From: Candidatus Eiseniibacteriota bacterium
GTDB taxonomy: Bacteria; Eisenbacteria; RBG-16-71-46
Direction: 5' to 3'
Assembly: GCA_963717935.1 (NCBI GenBank)
Contig: CAVQXP010000004.1
Coordinates: 128,001 to 192,000, forward strand
Length of the DNA: 64,000 nucleotides
Shown: piece by piece, positions 18,465-28,939 of the stretch
Layout of the letters: the number at the start of each line of letters is the position of its first letter
Position numbering within the stretch: the stretch's first letter is position 1
Notes under the pieces: generated by a model
What the model was told of the DNA's origin: nothing
What the model saw: the letters and a program-made list of their open reading frames with translations, nothing else
The model's database searches: none
Position numbers and translations under genes: made by a program

Positions 18465-20890
18465 CCTACCGAGCCCTCCATCTGGAGCTGGATGAGGCGG
18501 TTCATCTCGACCGCGTACTCCATCGGCAGCTCCTTCACGACCGGCTCGATGAAGCCGGCGACGATCATCGCCGCCGCCTCGTCCTTGGGCACGCCGCGGC
18601 TCGTCAGGTAGAAGAGCTGTTCGTCGCCGATCTTCGAGACCGTCGCCTCGTGGCCGATCGAGACCTGGTCCTCCTCGATCTCCATGGTCGGGTAGGTGTC
18701 CGAGCGCGAGGTCTCGTCCAGGATCAGCGCGTCGCAGTTCACCGTGCTGCGGCAGTCCACCGCGCCCTTGACGACCTTCACGAGCCCGCGGTAGCCGGCC
18801 CGCCCGCCGTCCTTGCTGATGGACTTCGAGACGATCTTGCTGGTGGTGTTGGGCGCGGCGTGCACCGCCTTCGCCCCCGCGTCCTGGTGCTGGCCCTTCC
18901 CCGCGAAGGCGATCGAGAGCACCTCGCCGTGCGCCCCCGGCTCCATCAGGTAGATCGCGGGGTACTTCATCGTGAGCTTGCTGTTGTGCACCACGAAGCC
19001 GTTGGCCACGAAGTTGTGCGTCCCTTCGATCTCGATGTCCCAGGTGTCCTGGACGTCGAGCATCTCGATGGCCGAGACGCGGCTGAAGTACACAGGCTGC
19101 TCGAGGCGACCCTCACCGAAGTAGAGGAAGTAGTGCGTGTACTCCTTCTCCTCTTTCCCGAGGGGCTTCCTCTCGACGCGGCTCCAACGGCTGATCTTGC
19201 GCGGATCGAGGCCGCAGGCGATGGCCAGGGCCTTCACATCCTCCAGCAGAGGGCGATTGACGCTCGTGATGGAGATGTTCTTGTGATTCGCGCGGAAGTG
19301 CCCGTCCGCGGCGACGTAGCCCTCGATGAACGCGAGCCGCTGCTCGCGGGGGAGCTGATACACCCACGCCGGCACGCGCTTCTCATGCGCCCTGCCAGCG
19401 AAGCCGAGGTGCATCAACCAGTCTCTCAGCAGCACCGAGTTGACCCGGATCACGCCCCGGCGAACCTCGAGGTCGACGCCAAAGAGTGCGGCCAGCGATT
19501 CCAGGACCCGGGTGTGCGACTTGTCCGCGGGCGGCACAGCGAAGTACACACGGTTGCGCTCCGCATACCCATCGCCCACGTAGACACCCAGGAGCCACAT
19601 CAACTCCTCGGTGCTCGATTCGGGCAGCGTGACCGGCTTCGTTCCGTGGTTCGGGATCGGTTCGAACGCCTTCGCCTTGCCGTGGTCCGGCAGGGTCCCG
19701 GAAATCGCCACCAGGTCCTTCGTGGTCAACTCGTCGAGTTGCTTCCAGGCCAGCGCGACGTGTTTGCCCTGCTTGGTGAGGGCCAGGAATGGGTGGTTGG
19801 CCGTGGCCCTGACCTCCCGGTGGTTCTCGGTGCGCAGCAGGTACACCTGCTGCCGCCCGCTGAAACGCTTGGCCAGCACCGGACGGCGCTGCCACTGCAT
19901 GTCATCTCCAAGTGAATAGACCATCGCGCCCGGCTCGATCCGCTCGATCGGCACGACGTCGTTGTTCACCAACACGCCGGAGTCCCCGGTCAGGCACCCC
20001 AGATTCCCGTCGACCCACTCCATGGTCGCGTCACGGTAGGCGGCGGCGCGCTTGGTCACCAGGTTGTAGACGTTGTTCGACCAGTTCTGGATGGTCGTGT
20101 AGCGGCAGCGCCCGCCGGCCTTGACGATGATCTCGACCACCGCCGAGTGCAGCGAGTCGCTCGAGTAGGTGGGCGCGGTGCAACCCTCGACGTAGTGCAC
20201 GTAGGCGCCCTCGTCCACGATGATGAGCGTGCGCTCGAACTGGCCCATGTCCCTGGTGTTGATGCGGAAGTAGGCCTGCAGCGGGACGTCCACGCGCACG
20301 CCCTTCGGCACGTAGATGAACGAGCCGCCCGACCAGACCGCGGAGTTGAGCGCCGCGAACTTGTTGTCGGTCGGCGGGATCACCGTGCCGAAGTACTGCC
20401 TGAACAGCTCCTCGTGGTCGCGCAGCGCGTGGTCGGTCGAGAGGAACAGCACGCCCAGCTTCTCGAGGTTCTCCTTGATCTTGTGGTAGACCACCTCGGA
20501 GTCGTACTGCGCGCCGACGCCCGAGAGGAACTTCTGCTCGGCCTCGGGGATGCCCAGCCGGTCGAAGGTGCGCTTCATGTCGGCCGGCACGTCCTCCCAG
20601 GACTTGGCCTCCTGCTCGGTCGGCTTGACGTAGTAGTAGATGTCGTCGAAATCGATCTGCGAGAGGTCGCCGCCCCAGCGGGGCAGGGGCTTCCTGCGGT
20701 AGGTCTCCAGCGCCTTGAGCCGGAACTCCAGCATCCAGGCCGGCTCGCCCTTCATCAGCGAGATCCCCCTGACGATCTCGGGGTCGAGGCCCTTGCGCGC
20801 CTTGAAGACGAACTGGTCGGCATCGTGGAAGCCGTACTTCTCCGTGTAGCTGTCGCGGATGCCTCCGGTGGGGCTCTCCGAAGCGGTCAT
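18461..20890 (-). CDS. sufB: Fe-S cluster assembly protein SufB, containing an intein
   Basis: [43 protein letters not shown]; 809 aa = 471-aa SufB + 338-aa insert. Confidence 0.97.
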   Translation of the reverse strand: MTASESPTGGIRDSYTEKYGFHDADQFVFKARKGLDPEIVRGISLMKGEPAWMLEFRLKALETYRRKPLPRWGGDLSQIDFDDIYYYVKPTEQEAKSWEDVPADMKRTFDRLGIPEAEQKFLSGVGAQYDSEVVYHKIKENLEKLGVLFLSTDHALRDHEELFRQYFGTVIPPTDNKFAALNSAVWSGGSFIYVPKGVRVDVPLQAYFRINTRDMGQFERTLIIVDEGAYVHYVEGCTAPTYSSDSLHSAVVEIIVKAGGRCRYTTIQNWSNNVYNLVTKRAAAYRDATMEWVDGNLGCLTGDSGVLVNNDVVPIERIEPGAMVYSLGDDMQWQRRPVLAKRFSGRQQVYLLRTENHREVRATANHPFLALTKQGKHVALAWKQLDELTTKDLVAISGTLPDHGKAKAFEPIPNHGTKPVTLPESSTEELMWLLGVYVGDGYAERNRVYFAVPPADKSHTRVLESLAALFGVDLEVRRGVIRVNSVLLRDWLMHLGFAGRAHEKRVPAWVYQLPREQRLAFIEGYVAADGHFRANHKNISITSVNRPLLEDVKALAIACGLDPRKISRWSRVERKPLGKEEKEYTHYFLYFGEGRLEQPVYFSRVSAIEMLDVQDTWDIEIEGTHNFVANGFVVHNSKLTMKYPAIYLMEPGAHGEVLSIAFAGKGQHQDAGAKAVHAAPNTTSKIVSKSISKDGGRAGYRGLVKVVKGAVDCRSTVNCDALILDETSRSDTYPTMEIEEDQVSIGHEATVSKIGDEQLFYLTSRGVPKDEAAAMIVAGFIEPVVKELPMEYAVEMNRLIQLQMEGSVG
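18983..19996 (-). mobile_element. Intein with LAGLIDADG homing endonuclease (338 aa)
   Basis: GNLG|CLTGD...ATANHPF...LLGVYVGDG...[10 protein letters not shown]...[18 protein letters not shown]: Cys1, block-B TxxH, terminal His-Asn, Ser+1. Confidence 0.96.
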
Positions 20891-21690
20891 CGCGTCGCCG
20901 ACTCCTTCCCTTCGCGGACGAAGTCGTAGCCGCGGCTCTCCAGCTCGAGCGCCAGCTCCGGGCCGCCCGACAGCGTGATGCGTCCGTCCAGCAGGACGTG
21001 GACGAAGTGCGGCTTGATGTAGTCCAGGATGCGCTGGTAGTGCGTGATCACCAGCACGCCGAGGTCCGGCCCCGAGAGGGCGTTCACGCCCTCGGAGACG
21101 ATGCGCAGCGCGTCGATGTCGAGCCCCGAGTCGGTCTCGTCCATGATGGCGATCTCGGGCTTGAGCATCGCCATCTGCAGGATCTCGGTGCGCTTCTTCT
21201 CGCCGCCCGAGAAGCCGTCGTTCAGGTAGCGCAGGGCGAACGATTCGTCCATCTTGAGCAGCGCCATGTGCTCGCGAAGCAGCGCGCGGAACTCCTTGGG
21301 GGCGATGCCGCGCTTCGCGGGCATGGAGCCGTCCGTGGCGGCCGTGCGCGGAGCGAGCCGCGCGTTGAGCGCGGTGCGCAGGAAGTTGGAGACCGTCACG
21401 CCGGGGATCGCGACCGGGTACTGGAAGGCCAGGAACAGTCCGGCGCGCGAGCGCGCGTCGGACTCCAGTCCGAGGAGGCTCTCGCCCTTGAAGAGGATGT
21501 CGCCGCCGGTCACTTCGTAGCGCGGGTGTCCCATGAGCGTGTTCGCGAGCGTGCTCTTGCCCGAGCCGTTCGGCCCCATCAGGGCGTGCACCTCGCCCTT
21601 GCGCACCTCGAGGCTCAGGCCCTTGAGGATCTCCTTGCCCTCCACCGCGACGTGGAGGTCCTTCACGACGAGATCGGCTGTCTGGCTCAT
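20887..21690 (-). CDS. sufC: Fe-S cluster assembly ATPase SufC
   Basis: [36 protein letters not shown]. Confidence 0.96.
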   Translation of the reverse strand: MSQTADLVVKDLHVAVEGKEILKGLSLEVRKGEVHALMGPNGSGKSTLANTLMGHPRYEVTGGDILFKGESLLGLESDARSRAGLFLAFQYPVAIPGVTVSNFLRTALNARLAPRTAATDGSMPAKRGIAPKEFRALLREHMALLKMDESFALRYLNDGFSGGEKKRTEILQMAMLKPEIAIMDETDSGLDIDALRIVSEGVNALSGPDLGVLVITHYQRILDYIKPHFVHVLLDGRITLSGGPELALELESRGYDFVREGKESATR

Positions 21691-21737
21691 GTCCGGCCCT
21701 GCTCCTTCTTCGTTCAGGCCGCTCGCGGCCCGGGTCT

Positions 21738-22292
21738 TCACTGGATCTCTTCGACGCTCACGAACACCGGGTGCGAGCGTCGCGGGCCGCGGCCCGGCGA
21801 CGCGCTCTTCAATCCGGCCACCAGCGCCGGCGCCTGCTCCATCCCGTGGTCCTGCTGGCAGCCCACGCAACCCTTGGCCGTCGAGGCCGGGGCCGCGCAG
21901 ACGCGGCAGGCTTCGAGGTACGAGAGCCCGGCGGCCAGCTCGTGCTCGAGCTGCCGGGAGCGCCGCACCGCTTCACGCGTGTCCTCCAGCTTGCGCTTGA
22001 ACAGCGAGCGCAATTGGTCCATGGCCTCGGGGCCCAGCCCCGCGTCCCACCAGGCGTGGACCAGCTCGCGCATCTCCTGCAGCGAGAAGCCCATGCCGTT
22101 GAAGAGCTCGATCCAGCGCACGCGCTCGGCCGCGCTCGGCTCGTAGAGGCGGAAGCCGCCACTGGTGCGCGAAGCGGGCTGGAGGAGTCCAAGCTCCTCG
22201 TACAGGTGGATGGCCCGGACGGTCTTGCCCGTCAATCGGGCCAGATCACCGATGCGCAGGAGCCTGGGTGCTCGGGTCAGGTTGGTCGTCAT
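21738..22292 (-). CDS. MerR-family regulator with C-terminal CxxC-x9-CxxC motif
   Basis: [26 protein letters not shown]...[12 protein letters not shown]; tail [17 protein letters not shown]; first gene of the suf operon. Confidence 0.92.
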   Translation of the reverse strand: MTTNLTRAPRLLRIGDLARLTGKTVRAIHLYEELGLLQPASRTSGGFRLYEPSAAERVRWIELFNGMGFSLQEMRELVHAWWDAGLGPEAMDQLRSLFKRKLEDTREAVRRSRQLEHELAAGLSYLEACRVCAAPASTAKGCVGCQQDHGMEQAPALVAGLKSASPGRGPRRSHPVFVSVEEIQ

Positions 22293-22302
22293 CAGTCACA
22301 CC

Positions 22303-22318
22303 CTTACGTACGCGTTAG
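22303..22318. promoter_or_regulatory. Imperfect palindrome CTTACG-TACG-CGTTAG, candidate MerR operator
   Basis: CTWACG-N4-CGTWAG symmetry 10 nt upstream of the merR ATG, inside an AT-rich promoter region. Confidence 0.5.
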
Positions 22319-22487
22319 ATTCGACTCGCAAAGTAAATGATTCAAAAGGATATTTCAATCCTGGAACCCGTGGGTGGCGATGGGTCAGGCAGCCAGGCTC
22401 CCGAGACCAAATCTGGTCTCAATCTTGCCCGGCAAGCACCTCCGGCACCGGTGAGCACCGCTCAAACCCGTCGTCGTCCGTGGCGGA

Positions 22488-23546
22488 TCAGACCGCCCGC
22501 CGGTCGAGCTTCACGCCGTGGGCCGTGAGCCCGTCGAGCATGTGGCGGTACGCCCGCGGGTCGCGGGCCACGCGCTCGAGCGGCTGCACCCCCGGCGGCG
22601 GCACGAGCCCGCCCGCCACCATCTGCGCCGTGACCGCGGTCGTGAACGCCGTGGTCCGGGCCATGGCCGTCAGGCCCGTGGCCGGGTCGTAGCGGTCCAC
22701 CAGCGTGATCCGCTCCCCGCCGTCCGCCCAGCGCATGCGCACCAGCAGCACCACGAGGTCCAGCGGCGGGTCGAGCGTGCAGCGCGCGCGCAGCTCCTCG
22801 GCCAGCCTCCCGGCCGCGACCAGCGGCTTCACCGCCTCGGCGTGGCCCGGCCAGCGCAGCGTCTTCTCTCCCATCTCCGCCACGCCCGGCAGCGTGTCCA
22901 TGAGCGAGCGCAGTCCGTCGCTGTAGAAGGCCTCCATCTCGCCCACGCCCTCGACCGGCACGCGTTCCATGCCGCTGAAGACCGGTACGGCCACCTGCCG
23001 TCCGCCCTGCACGATGCGCGCGGGACGCACGTACTCCTCCAGCAGGTCGTCCAGCGACCAGGTCACGCAATAGCCGTAGGGCTGCGAGCGGTCCTGCGCC
23101 ACGCCACCCACCAGGATGACCAGCTCCTGCGGGGCGCCGCGCCGTGCGTACGCCTCGCCCGCCACCAGGTTCGAGATGCCCGGCGCCAGCCCCGCGTCCG
23201 GGACGATGGTCACGCCCGCCGCGCGCGCCTCGCCGTCCAGCCCGAGCGCGTCCTCGCCGCAGAAGGAGACGTCCACCAGGTTGCGCTTCGCCTCGATCGC
23301 GGCCCTCATGGCGGCGAAACCGTAGCGCGAGGGCAGCGCCCCCACCGCGAAGTCGTGCTCACCCATCAGGCGCACGACGGTCTCGGACGCCGAGCAGTCC
23401 GCCTGGCGCCAGACCAGGTTCGCGAGCGCGGGCAACCGCGGGTCGCGCACGTCGGCGACCGTGACGCGGGCCCGCGGCAGACGGGTGGCGAGATCGACGG
23501 CGATGACGCGCCCCTGCGCGCCTCCGCCCAGGACGAGGATCTTCAT
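22488..23546 (-). CDS. Saccharopine dehydrogenase / lysine 6-dehydrogenase family protein
   Basis: MKILVLGGGAQG Rossmann motif, DAGLAPGISN, TWSLDDLLEEY, EKTLRWPGH, TAMARTT. Confidence 0.88.
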   Translation of the reverse strand: MKILVLGGGAQGRVIAVDLATRLPRARVTVADVRDPRLPALANLVWRQADCSASETVVRLMGEHDFAVGALPSRYGFAAMRAAIEAKRNLVDVSFCGEDALGLDGEARAAGVTIVPDAGLAPGISNLVAGEAYARRGAPQELVILVGGVAQDRSQPYGYCVTWSLDDLLEEYVRPARIVQGGRQVAVPVFSGMERVPVEGVGEMEAFYSDGLRSLMDTLPGVAEMGEKTLRWPGHAEAVKPLVAAGRLAEELRARCTLDPPLDLVVLLVRMRWADGGERITLVDRYDPATGLTAMARTTAFTTAVTAQMVAGGLVPPPGVQPLERVARDPRAYRHMLDGLTAHGVKLDRRAV

Positions 23547-23904
23547 GGCTGCAGCCCTCCTGTGCTCGACGGGCGGATGGCCCGCTCCTGGGTCCTGCAG
23601 GGCGGCGTCCTCCCCCCGAAACACGGCAAGTTAGCAGAGAAGGCCGAGCCCCGCCCGCGCGCTTCCAAAGGCCCTGACACTCTGACAGAATGGGGACCAT
23701 CTTGGCTGGTCGGGCAGAAGAACCACGCCCCGACGGGCCCGGCTGGTGGAGGTGGGTCGGCGGACAACCACCTCCGCCGAAATACATTCAGTCACGGGAA
23801 TTAGGCTTCGCTCCGCAGGATACGGCCCGCCCTGCTCCCGCGCCGGGTGTCCGCGTTCCGGGCCGCCCGCCGGACAGGCCGGTTCGCGGGTCTGTGGCGC
23901 CGGT

Positions 23905-23920
23905 CGGCACAAGTGCTGCA
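23905..23920 (+). promoter_or_regulatory. sigma54 (-24/-12) promoter upstream of transhydrogenase
   Basis: CGGCAC-AAGTG-CTGCA matches TGGCAC-N5-TTGCA (GG-N10-GC), ~70 nt before the pntA ATG. Confidence 0.6.
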
Positions 23921-23988
23921 TGATGTCCGCCAACCGCTGCCGCGCACTGTGGTTGCACCACTCGAACGGCTCAGGAGAAAGGTCGCCC

Positions 23989-25140
23989 ATGCTCATCGGA
24001 GTCCCGCGAGAAGTCGCTCCCGGCGAGACCCGTGTCGCCGTCGTCCCCGAGACCGCAGGCAAGCTGGTGAAGGCCGGCCTGCAGGTCCTGGTGGAGACCG
24101 GCGCCGGGGTTCGCGCCCATTTCACCGACGAGGCGTATCGCGCCGCGGGGGCCAGCATCGCCCCGGACGCGCGCGAGGTCTTCACGAAGGCCGACGTGGT
24201 GCTCAAGGTGCAGGAGCCCATGCAGAGCCCGGCGCTCGGCGCGCACGAGGCGGACGTGATCCGCGAGGGTGCGGTGTACGTCTCGTTCCTGGGACGCGAT
24301 CCCGAGAGCGAGGCCGCGAAGAAGCTCAAGGCCCGCAAGGTCACCGCGCTCTCGATGGAGATGGTGCCGCGCACCTCCCGCGCGCAGAAGATGGATGCGC
24401 TGTCGTCCATGGCCTCGGTCGCCGGCTACAAGGCCTCGTTGATCGGCGCCCTGCGGCTCGGCAAGTTCTTCCAGCTCATGATGACCGCCGCCGGCACCAT
24501 CGCGCCCTCGCGGGTGTTCGTGTTCGGCGCGGGCGTGGCGGGCCTGCAGGCCATCGCCACCTGCCGCCGCCTCGGCGCCGTCGTCGAGGCCACCGACATC
24601 CGTCCCGCGGTGAAGGAGGAGGTGCAGAGCCTGGGCGCCACCTTCGTGGGCGCCGAGCTGCTCGACGCGTCCATGGTGGCCGCGGGCGGCTACGCCAAGG
24701 AGCTGACCCCCGAGCAGCGCGAGAAGCAGCGCCAGATCGTCGCCGAGCGCGTGAAGCAGGCCGACCTGGTGATCTGCACGGCCGCGGTCCCCGGACGGAA
24801 GGCGCCGGTGCTGGTCACGGCGCAGATGGTCAGGGACATGAAGCCCGGCTCGGTGATCGTGGACATGGCGGCCGAGACCGGCGGCAACTGCGAGCTGACC
24901 AAGGCCGGTGTCGAGACCGTCGAGCACGACGTCATCATCCTGGGCCCGGTCAACCTGCCGGCCCAGCTGCCGCTGCACGCCAGCCAGATGTACTCGCGCA
25001 ACCTGCACGCGCTGGTCATGAACTTCGTGAACAAGGAAGGCCAGCTCAATCTCGACTTCTCGGACGACATCAACCGCGACTCTTGCCTGGTCAAGGGGCC
25101 GGCCGTGAAGGAAGCGGCGGCGACGGAGAAGGCGTCATGA
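23989..25140 (+). CDS. pntA: NAD(P) transhydrogenase alpha subunit part 1 (domain I)
   Basis: MLIGVPRE..GETRVA, RAQKMDALSS, GAGVAGLQAIAT, GGYAKE. Confidence 0.95.
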   Translation: MLIGVPREVAPGETRVAVVPETAGKLVKAGLQVLVETGAGVRAHFTDEAYRAAGASIAPDAREVFTKADVVLKVQEPMQSPALGAHEADVIREGAVYVSFLGRDPESEAAKKLKARKVTALSMEMVPRTSRAQKMDALSSMASVAGYKASLIGALRLGKFFQLMMTAAGTIAPSRVFVFGAGVAGLQAIATCRRLGAVVEATDIRPAVKEEVQSLGATFVGAELLDASMVAAGGYAKELTPEQREKQRQIVAERVKQADLVICTAAVPGRKAPVLVTAQMVRDMKPGSVIVDMAAETGGNCELTKAGVETVEHDVIILGPVNLPAQLPLHASQMYSRNLHALVMNFVNKEGQLNLDFSDDINRDSCLVKGPAVKEAAATEKAS

Positions 25141-25445
25141 CCGAAGCCACGCTGATCCTGTACTCGATCTACATCTTCATGCTCGCGGTGTTCGTGGGCT
25201 TCGAGGTCATCTCGAAGGTGCCGGTGCAGCTGCACACGCCGCTCATGTCCGGCACGAACGCCATCCACGGCATCGTCATGCTGGGCGGCATGCTGGTGCT
25301 CGCCAAGGCCGACACCGCGCTGCTCACGTGGCTCGGGTTCGCGGCGGTGGTGCTGGGCGCGATGAACCTGTTCGGCGGGTTCGTGGTGACCGACCGCATG
25401 CTCGAGATGTTCAAGACCAAGAAGCCCGCCGGGAGGAAGGCATGA
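25137..25445 (+). CDS. NAD(P) transhydrogenase alpha subunit part 2
   Basis: ISKVPVQLHTPLMSGTNAI, GGFVVTDRMLEMF; ATGA overlaps on both sides. Confidence 0.94.
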   Translation: MTEATLILYSIYIFMLAVFVGFEVISKVPVQLHTPLMSGTNAIHGIVMLGGMLVLAKADTALLTWLGFAAVVLGAMNLFGGFVVTDRMLEMFKTKKPAGRKA

Positions 25446-26863
25446 ACCCGAAACTCCTCTCCGACGTCGCCTACCTCACTTCGGCGATCCTCTTCATCAT
25501 CGGCCTGAAGTTCCTCAGCCATCCCAAGCGGGCGCGGCGCGGCAACCAGATGGCCGCCATCGGCATGCTGTTCGCCATCGTCGCGTCGTTCATCTTCATC
25601 TGGGGCGGCGGCGTCCAGGAGCTGTCGACCCGGAACGGCGTACTCATCATCGTCGGCATCCTGGTGGGCGGCCTGGCTGGCACGCTCGGCGCGCGCATCG
25701 TCGCGATGACCGACATGCCGCAGATGGTGGCGCTGCTCAACGGCTGCGGCGGCGGCGCCGCGGCCCTCATCTCGACCGTCGAGTTCGCGAACTTCGCGTC
25801 CGGCCGGGGCGAGAGCGATCCGCTCGCCTTCGGGGCCACGCTGTTCGGCGCCGTCATCGGCTCCCTGTCGTTCTGGGGCTCGCTGATGGCGTTCGGCAAG
25901 CTGAGCGGATTCATGGAGCACGCCATCACCTCGGCGTTCCAGAAGTTCGTCACGGTGGTCGTCTTCCTCGCCGTGATCGCGACGATCGTCTGGATCAGCG
26001 TGGGCGGTGGTGTCGTCGCCTTCTACACCCTGCTCGGCGTCTCGCTCCTGTTCTCGATCCTGATGGTCGTGCCCATCGGCGGCGCCGACATGCCGGTGGT
26101 CATCTCGCTGCTGAACTCGTGCACCGGTCTCGCGGTGGCGGCCACCGGCTTCGCACTGCGGGAGCCTGCGCTGATCATCAGCGGAACACTGGTGGGCGCG
26201 TCGGGCACGCTGCTCACGCTGCTCATGTGCAAGGCCATGAACCGCTCCATCACCAACGTGCTCTTCGCCGGCGTCGGCTCGGCACCGGCGGCCACCCCGG
26301 GCGCCACAGGCCCGAAGGGCCCCGCGCAGACCGCCCGCGAGATCTCGGCCGACGACCTGGCCATGCTGCTGGCCAACATCCAGTCGCTGATCGTCATCCC
26401 GGGTTACGGCATGGCCGTGGCGCAGGCACAGCACGTCACGCGCGAGCTGGCGGACATGCTGACGGCGAAGGGCGTGGACGTGAAGTACGCGGTGCACCCG
26501 GTGGCCGGCCGCATGCCCGGTCACATGAACGTGCTGCTGGCCGAGGCCAACGTCCCGTACGAGCAGCTCTTCGACCTCGACCAGATCAACCCGGAGTTCG
26601 AGCGCTGCGACGTGGCGCTGGTGATCGGCGCCAACGACGTGGTGAACCCCTGCGCTCGCTACGACAAGGCCAGCCCGATCTACGGCATGCCCATCCTGGA
26701 CGCCGACAAGGCCAAGAACATCATCGTGGTGAAGCGTAGCCTCAAGCCGGGCTTCGCCGGCATCGACAACGAGATCTACTTCAATCCGAAGACCTACATG
26801 TTCTTCGGCGACGCCAAGAACGCGATCCAGAAACTGGTGGAGGCGGTCAAGGCGGGCGACTAG
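25442..26863 (+). CDS. pntB: NAD(P) transhydrogenase beta subunit
   Basis: MPQMVALLN, IGGADMPVVISLLNS, PGYGMAVAQAQ, HPVAGRMPGHMNVLLAEA. Confidence 0.96.
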   Translation: MNPKLLSDVAYLTSAILFIIGLKFLSHPKRARRGNQMAAIGMLFAIVASFIFIWGGGVQELSTRNGVLIIVGILVGGLAGTLGARIVAMTDMPQMVALLNGCGGGAAALISTVEFANFASGRGESDPLAFGATLFGAVIGSLSFWGSLMAFGKLSGFMEHAITSAFQKFVTVVVFLAVIATIVWISVGGGVVAFYTLLGVSLLFSILMVVPIGGADMPVVISLLNSCTGLAVAATGFALREPALIISGTLVGASGTLLTLLMCKAMNRSITNVLFAGVGSAPAATPGATGPKGPAQTAREISADDLAMLLANIQSLIVIPGYGMAVAQAQHVTRELADMLTAKGVDVKYAVHPVAGRMPGHMNVLLAEANVPYEQLFDLDQINPEFERCDVALVIGANDVVNPCARYDKASPIYGMPILDADKAKNIIVVKRSLKPGFAGIDNEIYFNPKTYMFFGDAKNAIQKLVEAVKAGD

Positions 26864-26892
26864 CCGCTTTCCTCGCGGCCCTTGCCGGTCGT

Positions 26893-26922
26893 GGACGGGC
26901 GGGACGCAAGTCCCGCCCGTTC
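26893..26922 (+). terminator. Hairpin after pntB
   Basis: acgggcgggac-gcaa-gtcccgcccgt stem with GNRA loop; no strong U-tract. Confidence 0.45.
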
Positions 26923-27043
26923 CGCGTCCCGGGGCCCGCCACCGCAGGCCCGCTTTCGGGGCTGACACCGGACGGAGGCGGTCCTAGACTGGTGTGCGGG
27001 AGGGGCGTCCCGCCCCACCCGCAGCCAGACGAAGGAGGCCTTC

Positions 27044-27766
27044 ATGCCCTCCATCGACAGCATCCTCGACCGGCAGGTCCGGAGGTGGGAATCGGAGAAG
27101 TCCGCCCACGTCCACGAGCCCGGCTCGCGCGACCGGCCCGGAGCGACCGCCCAGCCCATCCTCACCGTCTCGCGCCAGCGCGGCAGCGGCGGCGCCCTCC
27201 TCGCGGAGCGGCTCGCCGGGCGCTTCGGCTACACGCTGCTCCACCGCGACCTGATCGACCGCATCTGCGAGTCCTCGGGCTACAAGCGCCGCATCGTCGA
27301 ATTGCTCGACGGGCACTCCCGTTCGCAGCTGCAGCTCTGGTTCGAGTCGGTGCTGCAGGGCGCCTACGTGGACGCCGGCGACTACCTCAAGGCCCTGCTC
27401 GAGGTCATCTACTCGATCTCGCAGCTCGGCGGCGTGGTCGTGGTGGGCCGCGGCGCCAACTTCATCCTCGGGCACGAGCGCGGCTTCCACATCCGGGTGG
27501 TGGCTCCGCGCGAGGTGCGCGTCAGGAACCTCGTGGAGCGCGAGAGGCTCGCCGAGCGCGACGCCCTGCGGGAGATCGAGAAGAGCGACCACGAGCGGAG
27601 CGATTGGATCCGCAAGGCCTGCGGGCGCTCGATCGACGACCCGCTGGGCTACGACCTGGTCATCAACCACCTCTCGATCTCGATGGAGTCGGCCACGAGC
27701 CTGGTGGCCGCGGCCGCGCAGGAGAAGTTCGAGAAGCTGAGGGCCGGGAGTCAAGGACTTGCCTGA
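27044..27766 (+). CDS. Cytidylate kinase-like family protein
   Basis: ILTVSRQRGSGG, VVVGRGANFIL, YDLVIN; AAGGAGG RBS. Confidence 0.85.
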   Translation: MPSIDSILDRQVRRWESEKSAHVHEPGSRDRPGATAQPILTVSRQRGSGGALLAERLAGRFGYTLLHRDLIDRICESSGYKRRIVELLDGHSRSQLQLWFESVLQGAYVDAGDYLKALLEVIYSISQLGGVVVVGRGANFILGHERGFHIRVVAPREVRVRNLVERERLAERDALREIEKSDHERSDWIRKACGRSIDDPLGYDLVINHLSISMESATSLVAAAAQEKFEKLRAGSQGLA

Positions 27767-28048
27767 CTTGAACAGGCGGGGCGCGCCTGCCAGCGTCTGC
27801 CCGCGGAGCGTCTTCCCTGCGCTGGGCCCCTGAGGTAGTCCGGTAATTGTCCGACAGGGGCGCCTGAGAAGGCGCCTGGTCTGCGTTCTCCGCGAGCCGC
27901 GCGGGCGGGCGGCTCCTTCGGGTCAAGAACGGGGTTCCAGCGGCGGGGAGAATCGGCGACAATCGCCCCGAATCACGCCACCCTGGGCCGCGCGGTGGAA
28001 TCGCGACGCCCCGCCGGACCACCCTCACGCCCTGACCGGGAGAACCGC

Positions 28049-28933
28049 ATGACGCCCAGCCGCTGGTCCCCCGTCGTGCTCGCGGCCGCGCTGCTCTGCC
28101 CTGCCCCCGCCGAGGCCGCCATGCCCGCGGCGCTCGACTCGCTGGTCGCCGCCGAGCGCGCCTTCGCCGGGATGTCGGTCGAGCAGGGCGTGCGCAACGC
28201 CTTCCTCGAGTACCTCGCCGGGGACGGCGTCATCTTCAGCCCGCTGGCGACCAACGGCCGGCAGGCCTGGGAGTCACGTGCCCCGGTCGCCGCCACGCTG
28301 ACGTGGGAGCCGGTCTTCGCGGAGGTCTCCGCGGCGGGCGACCTCGGGTACACGACCGGGCCCTGGGAGTTGAGGCCGAACGATTCGCAGCGCCCCACCG
28401 GCTACGGGCACTACGTCTCGGTCTGGCAGAAGCAGGCCGACGGGGCGTGGCGCGTGGCCGTGGACATCGGCATCACCCACGCGCAGCCCATGCGCGGCCT
28501 CGGGAACGTGGACTTCACCCCGGGCCCGCTCCACGTGGCGCCCCGGCGCAGGGCGGGCCCGATCGACCTCGCGGCGCTCGACCTGGCGTGGACCCGGGAC
28601 GCGCGCGCGAAGGGCTCGGCGGCGGCCTTCGCGCGCCGGGCCGCGCCCGACGTGCGCTTCTGCCGCGACCTCGTGGCCCCGGTGCTGGGCCTGCGCGGCG
28701 CGCGCGAGATGATGCTGGCCATCCCGGGCGTCACACTCTGGAATCCTCAGGCGCAGAAGGTCGCGCGCTCGGGTGACCTGGGCTGCACCTACGGGATCGT
28801 CGAGCGCCGGGGCCTGGGCGGCACCGCGCCCGACTCGAGCGTCTATCTCCACGTCTGGCGCCGGAACGCCGACGGCAGGTGGAAGGTAGCGCTCGCGCTG
28901 GAGAACGCGCTGCCCGGGAGCGAGAGGAAGTAG
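28049..28933 (+). CDS. Exported tandem NTF2-like (DUF4440-type) protein
   Basis: Signal peptide; duplicated W-P-x5-SxxGDLGxTxG...Y..VW..xADGxW domains. Confidence 0.75.
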   Translation: MTPSRWSPVVLAAALLCPAPAEAAMPAALDSLVAAERAFAGMSVEQGVRNAFLEYLAGDGVIFSPLATNGRQAWESRAPVAATLTWEPVFAEVSAAGDLGYTTGPWELRPNDSQRPTGYGHYVSVWQKQADGAWRVAVDIGITHAQPMRGLGNVDFTPGPLHVAPRRRAGPIDLAALDLAWTRDARAKGSAAAFARRAAPDVRFCRDLVAPVLGLRGAREMMLAIPGVTLWNPQAQKVARSGDLGCTYGIVERRGLGGTAPDSSVYLHVWRRNADGRWKVALALENALPGSERK

Positions 28934-28939
28934 CGACTG

